A stretch of DNA of 29,337 nucleotides, taken from the IMG/VR virus record IMGVR_UViG_3300017735_000067, positions 1-29,337 of that record, one strand, 5' to 3'. Positions 1-8,392 of the stretch are shown one piece after another. Source of the DNA: a virus. Lineage: Duplodnaviria; Caudoviricetes. The notes under the pieces are model-generated. The model made no database searches. It was not told the origin of the DNA and saw only the letters and a program-made list of their open reading frames with translations. Both the position numbers and the translations under genes were made by a program. The stretch's first letter is position 1, and each line of letters starts with the position of its first letter.

Positions 1-135
1 AAAATCAAACAGGACTTTTACTTTTTCTGTAAGAGCTTCTAGGTTGTAATGCATCCTAGCTAGCACGATAATTAGTGTAATAATACCAATTAAAACTGGC
101 GTGATAGAGGATATGATTTGCAAAAATTCATTCAT
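1..135 (-). CDS. Small membrane protein, truncated by window edge (lysis module)
   Basis: Read by hand: ATG at 135 overlaps the upstream TGA (ATGA); MNEFLQIISSITPVLIGIITLIIVLARMHYNLEALTEKVKVLFDF..., one TM helix, no stop before position 1. Confidence 0.65.
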   Translation of the reverse strand, partial: MNEFLQIISSITPVLIGIITLIIVLARMHYNLEALTEKVKVLFDF

Positions 136-530
136 TTAACTTGGGACGAACCAAAGTAAAAGCCCACGATTGCTAAGGCGGTCTGCCTAATTTCTGGTAA
201 AATAACAAAGCCCTGCACAGTGTCCCATTTAACGCCCTTAAATAGCCCTAGAAAACCGTTTGTTTCTCTAGCTACACTTACCCCTACGTCAGTCCACGCA
301 AAGACAAATGGGGCTATTACAATGGCAAAGACGGTGGATACAACAAGGAACCTACGAACCAATACACCACCACTGCGTTTAGCCGCGGCATCCGCTGAGA
401 TATCCGCTGTTTGCTGGGACGCTATCATACGCTCAAACTGCCGAGCTTGACTTTCCATCTGAGTGCCAATGAGTTTCATTACGAAGCCACTGATTCCTCC
501 TCCGAGCATTGCTAATAGTTCTGGGGTCAT
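132..530 (-). CDS. Putative holin-like membrane protein
   Basis: 132 aa with hydrophobic segments and a C-terminal AIVGFYFGSS motif typical of 3TM phage holin-like proteins; downstream of the tail fibre. Confidence 0.6.
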   Translation of the reverse strand: MTPELLAMLGGGISGFVMKLIGTQMESQARQFERMIASQQTADISADAAAKRSGGVLVRRFLVVSTVFAIVIAPFVFAWTDVGVSVARETNGFLGLFKGVKWDTVQGFVILPEIRQTALAIVGFYFGSSQVK

Positions 531-694
531 TATTTCTTTCTAAGTTCTTTAATTACCCTGACTGCGGATGCAGTCATATAAATAAAGGTAGCTAGACCCA
601 CAAGGAATCCAAGCAATTCGTTTACAGGAGATAGTTCGATGGTGGCTATAAACCCCCCCGTTCCAATCGTAGATTTGTATATAATATCATTCAT
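530..694 (-). CDS. Small membrane protein (holin-like)
   Basis: Likely start MNDIIYK at 694; TM segment LLGFLVGLATFIYM and basic C-terminus; stop overlaps next start. Confidence 0.6.
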   Translation of the reverse strand: MNDIIYKSTIGTGGFIATIELSPVNELLGFLVGLATFIYMTASAVRVIKELRKK

Positions 695-708
695 TAAAAA
701 TATTTCCA

Positions 709-2694
709 TTAACCTAATTCGTTCCACTGAGTTCCATCGTATCCATAAAATTTGTTAACTCCTGTGCTGTTGTCAAAAATAATCATACCAGCAGAGGGCG
801 AAGATGGGTAGTTGGCACTTCCATCAAAGGACCCAGTTTTTGTATATCCATCAATTGTGACATCTCCATTCCATGAAACATTTCCACTTACGCTTAACGA
901 TCCGCAATCAAGGCTTCCCTGAATTTCAACATTGTCTTCAAATGTAGCTTGACCACCGCATTCAATAGAGCTACTTGTTGACAAACTAACTGACTCAATT
1001 TCTCCGTCAGATATAATGTTTGATACGTTATATAAGTTTCCAAATGTATCTGTTTGAAAGTTTCCATTAGATGCACTTAAAGTTCCGTCAATTTGAGCAT
1101 TATTCATCTCCGTCCTTGGAGATTCCATTCTAACGTAATTGTTGTCTTTGTCTATACATATTACGTCAGATGTAGCCGAGCTATCCGTGTGAGTTAATTT
1201 AAACTTCCCAAAATCTGTATCTCCAGAACTACCATACATTCCCATCTGTATGGTTGGAGTATTATTTCCAGAATGCTCAAAAATTAATCCATCGTTAGAA
1301 GTCCTAGAGTCTTTGAATACTAATTTCTTATTGGCTCCAATATTCGTGTCGCTGTATATCTTTACTAAATTAGTCTCAAACCCCGATCGATTAAATCCAA
1401 CATCAATTTGGTCGGCTTCAAGTCTTACCCTTGATCCCTGAGAGGTGTTTCCCAAAAATTTTATATGACCCTTTTCGTCGCCCCCAGAAAATTGTTGAAT
1501 TACAAAATCATTGCTGTTTTGCCCTAGATAACGCATCAAAATCTCGTCATCAGCGGAAGATGCTCTTTGAAGTCTAACTGCACCGCTTTTAAAGTAGCAA
1601 TCCTCTTTTATCAAACTTGTAGTTGATTGAGAAAGAGTCATTCCACCTCTAGAAAGTTTAACGCTATTAGAATTATTATTTTCAAATAATAAGTCTGTGC
1701 TATTAATTTGAACCTCTCCAATTGTTCCAGTAGTTGCTAATATTTCAGGACAGTCAATTGATTGGTCTACGGAAAGCTCTCCAGAGACAGTAACATCCCC
1801 AGACAAAGCTCCATCTCCAGAAAAAGAAAGGTCTCCAGTTATACTAGCATCTCCATTTACTTGAAGATCGCCCGAAATACTTGTGTCCGCAAAAGCACCT
1901 GTTCCTCCCAAGTAATTGCTAGCATAAAGGTCTCCAGAAACATTTACGTCCCCTGAAACATCTAAGTCTACTGAAGGGGTAGTTTTATTGATGCCAATGA
2001 AATTATTAGCGGAATCAACTTTTAGTGCATTTGTATTTATCGTTAAGTCCCCAGTAAAATTTGGTGAATCCAATGGAGCCTTGGTAGCTATGTTTGTTGC
2101 GTTGGTAGCTATATTTGTATTGGCAGTAGTTATATTTGTATTAGCAGTAGCTATATCCGTTGTGTTGGTAGCTATATCCGTAGCATTGGTAGCTATATCC
2201 GTAGCATTTGTAGCTATATCCGTGGCATTTGTAGCTATGTTTGTGTTGGCGGTTGCTATATCTGTAGCATTAGTTGCTATACTTGTTGCGTTAGTAGCAA
2301 TGTTCGTGTTAGCTGTGCCAATGTCAGTAGCATTTGTAGCAATGTTTGTTGCATTAGTGGCAATGTTTGTTACGTTACTAGCTATATTTGTTGCATTTGT
2401 AGCTATATTTGTTACGTTACTAGCTATATCCGCTGTGTTGTCCGAAATGGCAGTTGCTTGTTCTGTCGTTATGCCAACCTTGTTAGTGTTAACCGCAATA
2501 GCTTCAGCCTGTGATGTTGTTATACCAACTTTAGCCGTGTTAAGTGCAATGGCACTTGCGTTAGTAGCTATGTCCGCGGTGTTCGTATCCGTGTTGCTCT
2601 TAATTGTATTTACGCCCAAAAATGCATTTACCTCTGCTTTTGTGGATTTGCGGAGGATTTCATCAATGTCCGAGGATACTTTAATATTTGACAT
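709..2694 (-). CDS. Tail fibre / spike protein with coiled-coil shaft
   Basis: 661 aa; N-terminal heptad repeats (IATNATN/D), KAPLDSPNFTG fibre motif, Gly-rich beta repeats (GDLxVxG), C-terminal FYGYDGTQW motif. Confidence 0.8.
   Translation of the reverse strand: MSNIKVSSDIDEILRKSTKAEVNAFLGVNTIKSNTDTNTADIATNASAIALNTAKVGITTSQAEAIAVNTNKVGITTEQATAISDNTADIASNVTNIATNATNIASNVTNIATNATNIATNATDIGTANTNIATNATSIATNATDIATANTNIATNATDIATNATDIATNATDIATNTTDIATANTNITTANTNIATNATNIATKAPLDSPNFTGDLTINTNALKVDSANNFIGINKTTPSVDLDVSGDVNVSGDLYASNYLGGTGAFADTSISGDLQVNGDASITGDLSFSGDGALSGDVTVSGELSVDQSIDCPEILATTGTIGEVQINSTDLLFENNNSNSVKLSRGGMTLSQSTTSLIKEDCYFKSGAVRLQRASSADDEILMRYLGQNSNDFVIQQFSGGDEKGHIKFLGNTSQGSRVRLEADQIDVGFNRSGFETNLVKIYSDTNIGANKKLVFKDSRTSNDGLIFEHSGNNTPTIQMGMYGSSGDTDFGKFKLTHTDSSATSDVICIDKDNNYVRMESPRTEMNNAQIDGTLSASNGNFQTDTFGNLYNVSNIISDGEIESVSLSTSSSIECGGQATFEDNVEIQGSLDCGSLSVSGNVSWNGDVTIDGYTKTGSFDGSANYPSSPSAGMIIFDNSTGVNKFYGYDGTQWNELG
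2085..2440 (-). repeat. 21-bp (7-aa) degenerate tandem repeat within the fibre gene
   Basis: About 16 consecutive I-A-T-N-x-T-N/D heptads in the translation. Confidence 0.9.
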
Positions 2695-2704
2695 AGCTAA
2701 TTAC

Positions 2705-2779
2705 TTATGGGGTTACGTTCTGGGATACCACAACAGTAGTATCACTAACTGACATACCTAGTGCTAGAGACATTTGCAT
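2705..2779 (-). CDS. 24-aa micro-ORF (MQMSLALGMSVSDTTVVVSQNVTP)
   Basis: ATG at 2779, TAA at 2707-2705; almost exactly fills the gap between flanking genes. Confidence 0.5.
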   Translation of the reverse strand: MQMSLALGMSVSDTTVVVSQNVTP

Positions 2780-2783
2780 GGGA

Positions 2784-3044
2784 CTAAGCGTTGTATGCTT
2801 CGATTGATGAAGTTGCTCCAGTTACTGTAATGCTTGTGAAGTTTCCGTAGCTGGTGTAGCCAGCGGGAAGAGTTCCAACAAGATCACTTGCGTCTTCTTT
2901 GTTTGAGCAAGTAATAGCTGACAATGTAGCTCCTCTGGGACCAGCAACGATAATTGCAAAATTACCCTCGACTGCCGCTCCAGCAGTAATTACTCTGCTA
3001 CCACGCTTGCCTAGACTTTGTTCTGTGAATGCGGGTGTTGACAT
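2784..3044 (-). CDS. Small beta-rich putative virion protein
   Basis: 86 aa; LPAGYTSYGNFTSITV...AY pattern; position in the structural operon. Confidence 0.7.
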   Translation of the reverse strand: MSTPAFTEQSLGKRGSRVITAGAAVEGNFAIIVAGPRGATLSAITCSNKEDASDLVGTLPAGYTSYGNFTSITVTGATSSIEAYNA

Positions 3045-3046
3045 AA

Positions 3047-3772
3047 TTATATGATTGTTTGGTTGTAGTTGTTTCGCACACTTTTTACAATATACGAGTT
3101 TGCGATATTTTGATCGGAAATTTTAGCTAGCTCATCTTCAAGAACTGAATTAACCAGAGCCAAGGATAGTTGAAAGCTTGAGTCACTTGCGTTTTGCTCA
3201 ACACTGCGTTGCCAAGTGTAAGCCGCATAGTGAGCCATGTATGCCATAAACTCCTCGGGTATTGTTGTATTGCCCCCCTGCTGTTTTCCTAGTTTTAAAT
3301 TCAGTGTTTTTTTGTAAGTTACGAATGCAGTTGGGTTACTTGATGAACTGCTGGAACCTGAATCTGGTTGCAAATAAAATGAATCCCCGTCCTGAGATTC
3401 ATATAAGTCCAGCAATTCGGAGGATGTCTTGCCAGAACCCCCAGTTAATGTTGCTCCTTGAGAATTTACAACAAATTTATAATCACCGCCCCTCGCCTCC
3501 TTGGGGTTGTTTTTGTAAATCCTTAAAAACGTGTCAATGGAATCCTTGCCGTCCTGCGTTCTGGATATTTGATTTTTATTATCTACTTCGCGTTCATCGC
3601 CAATAACCAAATAGCGTTCCCAGTAATTTGTAGCCCTGTGTGCTTTATTAGCCGCATAATTCCAAAGGGAAATAAGTCTAGCGTAGCTAGCAGAAGTGCT
3701 TGCGTATTCTCTTCCAATTAACGCAAAAGTTAAATCCCTGAGTTCTTGTATCGTTGAATTCTGAAGAGCCAT
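3047..3772 (-). CDS. Putative head-tail adaptor / tail tubular protein
   Basis: 241 aa, two genes downstream of the capsid; C-terminal IPEEFMAYMAHYAAY helix typical of adaptors. Confidence 0.55.
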   Translation of the reverse strand: MALQNSTIQELRDLTFALIGREYASTSASYARLISLWNYAANKAHRATNYWERYLVIGDEREVDNKNQISRTQDGKDSIDTFLRIYKNNPKEARGGDYKFVVNSQGATLTGGSGKTSSELLDLYESQDGDSFYLQPDSGSSSSSSNPTAFVTYKKTLNLKLGKQQGGNTTIPEEFMAYMAHYAAYTWQRSVEQNASDSSFQLSLALVNSVLEDELAKISDQNIANSYIVKSVRNNYNQTII

Positions 3773-4077
3773 TATAATTTACTTGCCGCCATGCCGTTGG
3801 GCATAAGGACTTTGTTGTTTAAATACTTCATGAACTCATCGTCATTAGAAAAGCCCACTCCGTATTTTTTATTCATAGCGTAGTATTCATTCATTGGCAC
3901 GCTACCAATGTGTTTGCCAAAGATAGGGTGATCTTTGCCCTTGAAATTGTTTGCTGATTTCCGAGCTAATCTAATCCTCTGCTCTTGGGCTTTGGGATTA
4001 AATATTTCTTTGGACTTAGCGTTAAGAATCTTAAATTGATTCTCAATGAGTTCTTCTTCTGATGGTAGTTCTGGCAT
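3772..4077 (-). CDS. Hypothetical protein downstream of capsid
   Basis: True start probably MPELPSEEE at 4077, just after the terminator; stop overlaps next ATG. Confidence 0.7.
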   Translation of the reverse strand: MPELPSEEELIENQFKILNAKSKEIFNPKAQEQRIRLARKSANNFKGKDHPIFGKHIGSVPMNEYYAMNKKYGVGFSNDDEFMKYLNNKVLMPNGMAASKL

Positions 4078-4080
4078 AAC

Positions 4081-4113
4081 AAAAAGGGTTGGGGGTATTA
4101 AACCCCCTAACCC
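4081..4113 (-). terminator. Rho-independent terminator after the major capsid gene
   Basis: Minus strand GGGTTAGGGGGT-loop-ACCCCCAACCC followed by TTTTT. Confidence 0.8.
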
Positions 4114-4129
4114 AGAATTGTCAATAGGA

Positions 4130-5143
4130 CTAAGCGACAGCGAAGTCCGTGATCTTACCGAGACCGTTGGGACCCTTACAGATAAGAGTTCCCATTGTGT
4201 CGATGTAGCCACGAGGACCTCCACCTTGGTCTTCAAGCATTGTTGAACCCATGCTCATTGCTTCCGCGAATCCAAGTAGGCTTGGGTCGAGGAGGTATGC
4301 ACGTTTTGCATCAAGGCACTTTGGATTGCCAGAGATGATCTTCACGATGCCATAAGGACCTTGGAAGATTTCAACATTGTAGTTGACTTCAGAACCATCA
4401 CCTTGGTTGAACTGAGTAGCAGTTGGCTGAACGCGAGTGAAACCATCAACGATTTCGTTGCGGACAGATGTTCCAGCAACAAGAACGTGGTCACCTTGCT
4501 CACCAGTTTCTTGGAAAATGCTTGTGAGCATATTGTTGAAACGGGCTTCAGTTAGGGCTTTAGCGTCATCGCCAGCCTCATCACCAATAATAGATGCACT
4601 TGGAGTCACAAAGTCCGAAGGAACGGCTTGAACGCCATCCGCAGTTGGGCTGTTGTTGATCCATTGACCTAGTCCACGAAACTCATTTGCAGTGCTTCCG
4701 TTGCCAGTAACAGCAACATTGTCCGAGCAAATTGACTTCTCAATGTCACGAAGGACTTGGGAAGCGGCTTTTTCTTCGGCTTCTTGGATGCGGACTGGAG
4801 TAACGGAGTCCATGATTTCTTGCTTCTTTGTAACAGCGAATGTTTCGCGGAAGTGTTGAAGGCGATTGCCCAAGCGAGCTAGCTTAGTGAACTGACCGTC
4901 AAAGCCAGTAGCACTATCTACGTCTACACCTTCAGCAACAGCATTGTCCGCAGTTGCATCACGAAGACCATCGACGGTCCATTCAACCAAGTCCGCAGTT
5001 GCGGCTTGCTTAGGAAGCATACCGTAAACGGGAGCTTGACGAGGAGCAAGAACAGTAGTTAGGTCTAACAACTGCTCGCGATTGCCTACATTGGAGCCTG
5101 TATCGGCTGAAGGTAGACCTGTGTATGTATTATCAAATGCCAT
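4130..5143 (-). CDS. Major capsid protein (DUF5309/SU10-like, HK97 fold)
   Basis: 337 aa; GNREQLLD...APRQAP...EWTVDGL and RLGNRLQHF motifs; after the scaffold and before a terminator. Confidence 0.85.
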   Translation of the reverse strand: MAFDNTYTGLPSADTGSNVGNREQLLDLTTVLAPRQAPVYGMLPKQAATADLVEWTVDGLRDATADNAVAEGVDVDSATGFDGQFTKLARLGNRLQHFRETFAVTKKQEIMDSVTPVRIQEAEEKAASQVLRDIEKSICSDNVAVTGNGSTANEFRGLGQWINNSPTADGVQAVPSDFVTPSASIIGDEAGDDAKALTEARFNNMLTSIFQETGEQGDHVLVAGTSVRNEIVDGFTRVQPTATQFNQGDGSEVNYNVEIFQGPYGIVKIISGNPKCLDAKRAYLLDPSLLGFAEAMSMGSTMLEDQGGGPRGYIDTMGTLICKGPNGLGKITDFAVA

Positions 5144-5177
5144 GATATTAATTTATTTTGAGTTAATTTGAGTTAAT

Positions 5178-6287
5178 TTATTTGTAACGAGAGTTAATTT
5201 GTAGTTGCCGTAATTGGCGAGCCGCAATAAGGTTTCCTTTACTAGCCGCTTCTTTCAACTTCTTAACATTGTTGGATTCCACTGTATTTCGTGAGTTAGT
5301 AGCTGTGCTACCACTTACTGCATTTCGTGGAACTTTTTTAGGAATAATGATTTTTTTCTTCCGAGTGACTTTTGGTTTAACCATGTTGGTTGCGGCATGA
5401 GCCAACTGATACTTCAGTTTAGCGGCTAATGCAGGAGCCATCTTGGAAACAATTGCCATGTCTTCAGAGCTAATCATTTTCTTGTATTCAAGCTGAGTTG
5501 GTGATTCGTCATCCCCGAGCCAAGTAAACTCATCTTGGGCTTTGGAAGATAATTCCTCTGCCTCTTTTTGAGCGTTAGCTAGTCGTTTTAAATACTTTCT
5601 CTGCTTAGGCAGATCATCGTATTTATCCTGTAGACTAGATATATATTGAACAACATCACTACGAGTGTATTCACCCCCGTTGTATTCAAATGTATCTTCG
5701 TCCCCAGCTAGCCAGCGTTGATAATAACGGATATTGTCCTTTGTTTCCTTTTCAATGCTTTCTAGTTCGTCTTCTGTAGTGACCGAAGCTAATGCATTTC
5801 TGGGAGCAATGACGGTATCCAAGCTACTTGATAAAGCGGCATTTTTACTATCTAACTCACTCTTGAGTTCCTTGATCTGAGAAGTCAGTTCCCCTATTCG
5901 TTTACCACTACCACTCCCCATTTTCTTTGCCAGCTCACCAAGTTTTTCTGGTGGTAGCACTTCCATGGCTTGTATAGCGATTTCCGAGCGAGAGTCATCA
6001 TCTATCTCATCCCAATCAATCTGTGAAAGAACGCCTTCGCCTTCCTCTACCTCTTCAGTAACTTCGCTGGTTTCCGTCTCCTCTGTTTCCTCCACTTCGG
6101 ATACTTCTTCCGTGGGTTCCTCTTCCTTGACTTCCTCTGGCTCTTCTACTGTTTCCAGTGTTGGAGTTAGCTTTTCCACTCGTGCTTTCCGAATATCTTC
6201 CAGCGTTTGCGGTTTGGCTTGTTCGACTGTCGATGCATCTTCTTCTTGGAGGGCTACATCGTTACCCTCAGTTGCGGTTTCATCCAT
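5178..6287 (-). CDS. Capsid scaffolding protein
   Basis: 369 aa; very acidic N-terminus, coiled coil, basic C-terminus; immediately upstream of the capsid gene. Confidence 0.75.
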   Translation of the reverse strand: MDETATEGNDVALQEEDASTVEQAKPQTLEDIRKARVEKLTPTLETVEEPEEVKEEEPTEEVSEVEETEETETSEVTEEVEEGEGVLSQIDWDEIDDDSRSEIAIQAMEVLPPEKLGELAKKMGSGSGKRIGELTSQIKELKSELDSKNAALSSSLDTVIAPRNALASVTTEDELESIEKETKDNIRYYQRWLAGDEDTFEYNGGEYTRSDVVQYISSLQDKYDDLPKQRKYLKRLANAQKEAEELSSKAQDEFTWLGDDESPTQLEYKKMISSEDMAIVSKMAPALAAKLKYQLAHAATNMVKPKVTRKKKIIIPKKVPRNAVSGSTATNSRNTVESNNVKKLKEAASKGNLIAARQLRQLQINSRYK

Positions 6288-6331
6288 AATACTGTTCTGC
6301 AGTTTTACGCCAAGCAGTGAGGCGAAAGTGT

Positions 6332-6340
6332 ATTATAGCA
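6332..6340 (-). promoter_or_regulatory. Extended -10 promoter (TGCTATAAT) for scaffold-capsid
   Basis: Perfect TGnTATAAT in intergenic DNA; identical 9-mer at 10495 and 13634. Confidence 0.7.
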
Positions 6341-6348
6341 AACTAATT

Positions 6349-6885
6349 TTAACGTCCGTATATACGTCTACGGGCTTCGTCGTAATCAGCTTGCGTGTAT
6401 GAGCTTTTATTGGAAACTGTATTGTTGGATGAACCCCCAGCGGCTTTTGCTCCTCCATATGCAGAAACTCCACTAATAGCGGACATCTGAACAAATTTAT
6501 TTTTAGCTATTTTTTTAGGATACCTTGAAATTTTACGGGTAATCGTATTTGTTTTACCAATTTTCCTAGCTAAAGATATAGCCCGACTTGATCCCAAGCC
6601 TCGCTCTTCGCGTGGGGTCAGTTTCTTTGTTTTGCCTTTAGTCTTGGGTTTGCTGGGAGTAGTAGCTGACCTAGCCTTCTTTGCACGACCTGCTTTATCC
6701 TGAACCGCCTTGATTTCCTTGGCTCTTGTAGCCGCACGTTTTGCCGCACGTTCCGCGTTTTTCTTGGCTTTTTCTTTTGCGACGCGTTCAGCCTTGCGTT
6801 TAGCCGCCTTTTTTACAAGTGCGGATGACGCTTTTCGCGATAATGCACTTCCAGCCGCGAGTATTCCCTTTCCTGCTACTGCCAT
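6349..6885 (-). CDS. Lys/Arg/Ala-rich basic protein
   Basis: 178 aa, histone-H1-like composition; head module. Confidence 0.75.
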   Translation of the reverse strand: MAVAGKGILAAGSALSRKASSALVKKAAKRKAERVAKEKAKKNAERAAKRAATRAKEIKAVQDKAGRAKKARSATTPSKPKTKGKTKKLTPREERGLGSSRAISLARKIGKTNTITRKISRYPKKIAKNKFVQMSAISGVSAYGGAKAAGGSSNNTVSNKSSYTQADYDEARRRIYGR

Positions 6886-6904
6886 AATATTATAGTGTTA
6901 ATTG

Positions 6905-7600
6905 TTATTTAGATTGAGAAGCCTTCCACTTCTTGTATTTACGTCTTTCTACTCCACCAAGTCTATTTATCTGAGCAGTATTCATGCGAGCATATTTGCT
7001 AGTTGGTTTTTTACCAGTGGGTGCGTTAACCTTTTTAATTGCTCCCTTTCGATCACGAATTATAGATGATCCAACTTCGACTTTAGTCTTTGGACCCGTA
7101 GTGGGTGTTCTGCGATTTCTTACAGTTGGAACACTTGCCATAGGTCTACCTGCTTTTTTGACTGGATTCTTGGTTGTCTTTTTCGTTGCGGTAGGTTTGG
7201 TAGGTGCTTTGGGTGCTTTGGGTGCTTTAGGTGCAGTGGGTGCGGGTCCTATTTTGCGATCATAGGGTTTTGGTGCAGTTGGAGCAGGCTTTCTGGGTTT
7301 TACGTTTCTGGCTCCCCCAGTTGCCTCAAAAGCAACATACGCTGGAGCCGCTACATAGCTTGAACGGACAATGGCTTTAGCTACGTCCCTTCTGGAATTA
7401 GCCGCGGCATCAACAGCTTTTGCCTTTGCCGACACGCTCATATCGCGAGTAAGAGTTGGCTTGGGCATAATCTTATTGTTAACCTTGCGAACCAACGCGG
7501 AGTCCACTTGTTGGAACTTGCTTACAGCTTTGTTAAATGCGGGTTTAGCGGCTCTCTTTGCCACATTAATCCCCATGGATGCTAATTTACCTAATATCAT
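6905..7600 (-). CDS. Lys/Ala/Pro-rich basic protein
   Basis: 231 aa with APKAPKAPKAP repeats. Confidence 0.75.
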   Translation of the reverse strand: MILGKLASMGINVAKRAAKPAFNKAVSKFQQVDSALVRKVNNKIMPKPTLTRDMSVSAKAKAVDAAANSRRDVAKAIVRSSYVAAPAYVAFEATGGARNVKPRKPAPTAPKPYDRKIGPAPTAPKAPKAPKAPTKPTATKKTTKNPVKKAGRPMASVPTVRNRRTPTTGPKTKVEVGSSIIRDRKGAIKKVNAPTGKKPTSKYARMNTAQINRLGGVERRKYKKWKASQSK

Positions 7601-7623
7601 AATTTTAAAGTTTTGAAATAAAT

Positions 7624-7632
7624 ATTATATCA
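7624..7632 (-). promoter_or_regulatory. Extended -10 promoter (TGATATAAT)
   Basis: TGnTATAAT in the intergenic gap upstream of the ATG at 7600. Confidence 0.55.
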
Positions 7633-7636
7633 CTAT

Positions 7637-7885
7637 CTATTTTTTCTTGTAGATTTTTTTCATGGTTTCTACTTCACCCTTGGCTGGTGGAGTTTTTGGA
7701 ATCCGACCGAGGGGGCTGGGCATGGTTTTCATGGAACCCATGGATTCTACGCCAGCCTTGGATGCCTTGCCAGCACCCCCAAGCATTCCCTGAGTTGTTT
7801 TTTGACCAGCTCCTCCAGAAATAAGTCGTATTCCTTTTTTTGCTAATTGATTTGCCGCGTATGATACTGCTTTTCCTATTGCCAT
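7637..7885 (-). CDS. Small basic protein (MAIGKAVSY...)
   Basis: ATG at 7885 overlaps the upstream TAA (TAATG); 82 aa, Lys/Gly-rich. Confidence 0.7.
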   Translation of the reverse strand: MAIGKAVSYAANQLAKKGIRLISGGAGQKTTQGMLGGAGKASKAGVESMGSMKTMPSPLGRIPKTPPAKGEVETMKKIYKKK

Positions 7886-8175
7886 TAGTATTTTCCTTTT
7901 CTTGATTTTGGTGATGATTTTTTGCTTCCTCCCTTGCCTGCCCAGAGTTTTGTGCAAGCCAAGTGTTTAGCTGTTCCTGATTTAGCGGTTGAGCATTTGT
8001 GCCTAGCCTTAAAACTTTTACGAGCGGCTGGAGAATAGTTATGACCATACCCAGATGCCCCAGCATGAACCAGCTTCTTTTTGCCCCCAGAGCAATAGAG
8101 CTTCATGATTTTTTTTCCAGCTCGCGTGCTTCTGCGGGTTTCTCCGCAACGCATACTTGATTTAGGACTAGCCAT
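7885..8175 (-). CDS. Small basic phage protein (RKSFKARHKC motif)
   Basis: 96 aa; KKLVHAG...RKSFKARHKC...C..W pattern that I recognise from phage hypotheticals. Confidence 0.75.
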   Translation of the reverse strand: MASPKSSMRCGETRRSTRAGKKIMKLYCSGGKKKLVHAGASGYGHNYSPAARKSFKARHKCSTAKSGTAKHLACTKLWAGKGGSKKSSPKSRKGKY

Positions 8176-8392
8176 CTTTTGGGGGTGTTAGGACTTTAAT
8201 GAGGTAATCGTCTTCGATCATTCCTCCAATAATTTTTGCGTCAGCTCTTTCAGTTGCATCCAGACTTTTTTCAAGTAGATGAAACTTCGTTTCCCTGCAT
8301 TCTTTAATAAATTGTAAAACGTATTCATATTGCTCATATTGTGATAAGAAGTTTACTGCTTCTGACAGGCTATCGGTTTTCTTTAATGACAT
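8168..8392 (-). CDS. Hypothetical protein after portal
   Basis: 74 aa, translationally coupled to the portal stop. Confidence 0.7.
   Translation of the reverse strand: MSLKKTDSLSEAVNFLSQYEQYEYVLQFIKECRETKFHLLEKSLDATERADAKIIGGMIEDDYLIKVLTPPKDG

Noticed and set aside
1988-2752. 254-aa hydrophobic plus-strand ORF
   Set aside because: Antisense shadow of the heptad repeat in the tail fibre gene
4078-4236. Open frame overlapping the capsid C-terminus, suggesting a T7 gp10B-like frameshift
   Set aside because: No slippery sequence seen, a terminator intervenes, and the downstream gene has its own ATG at 4077
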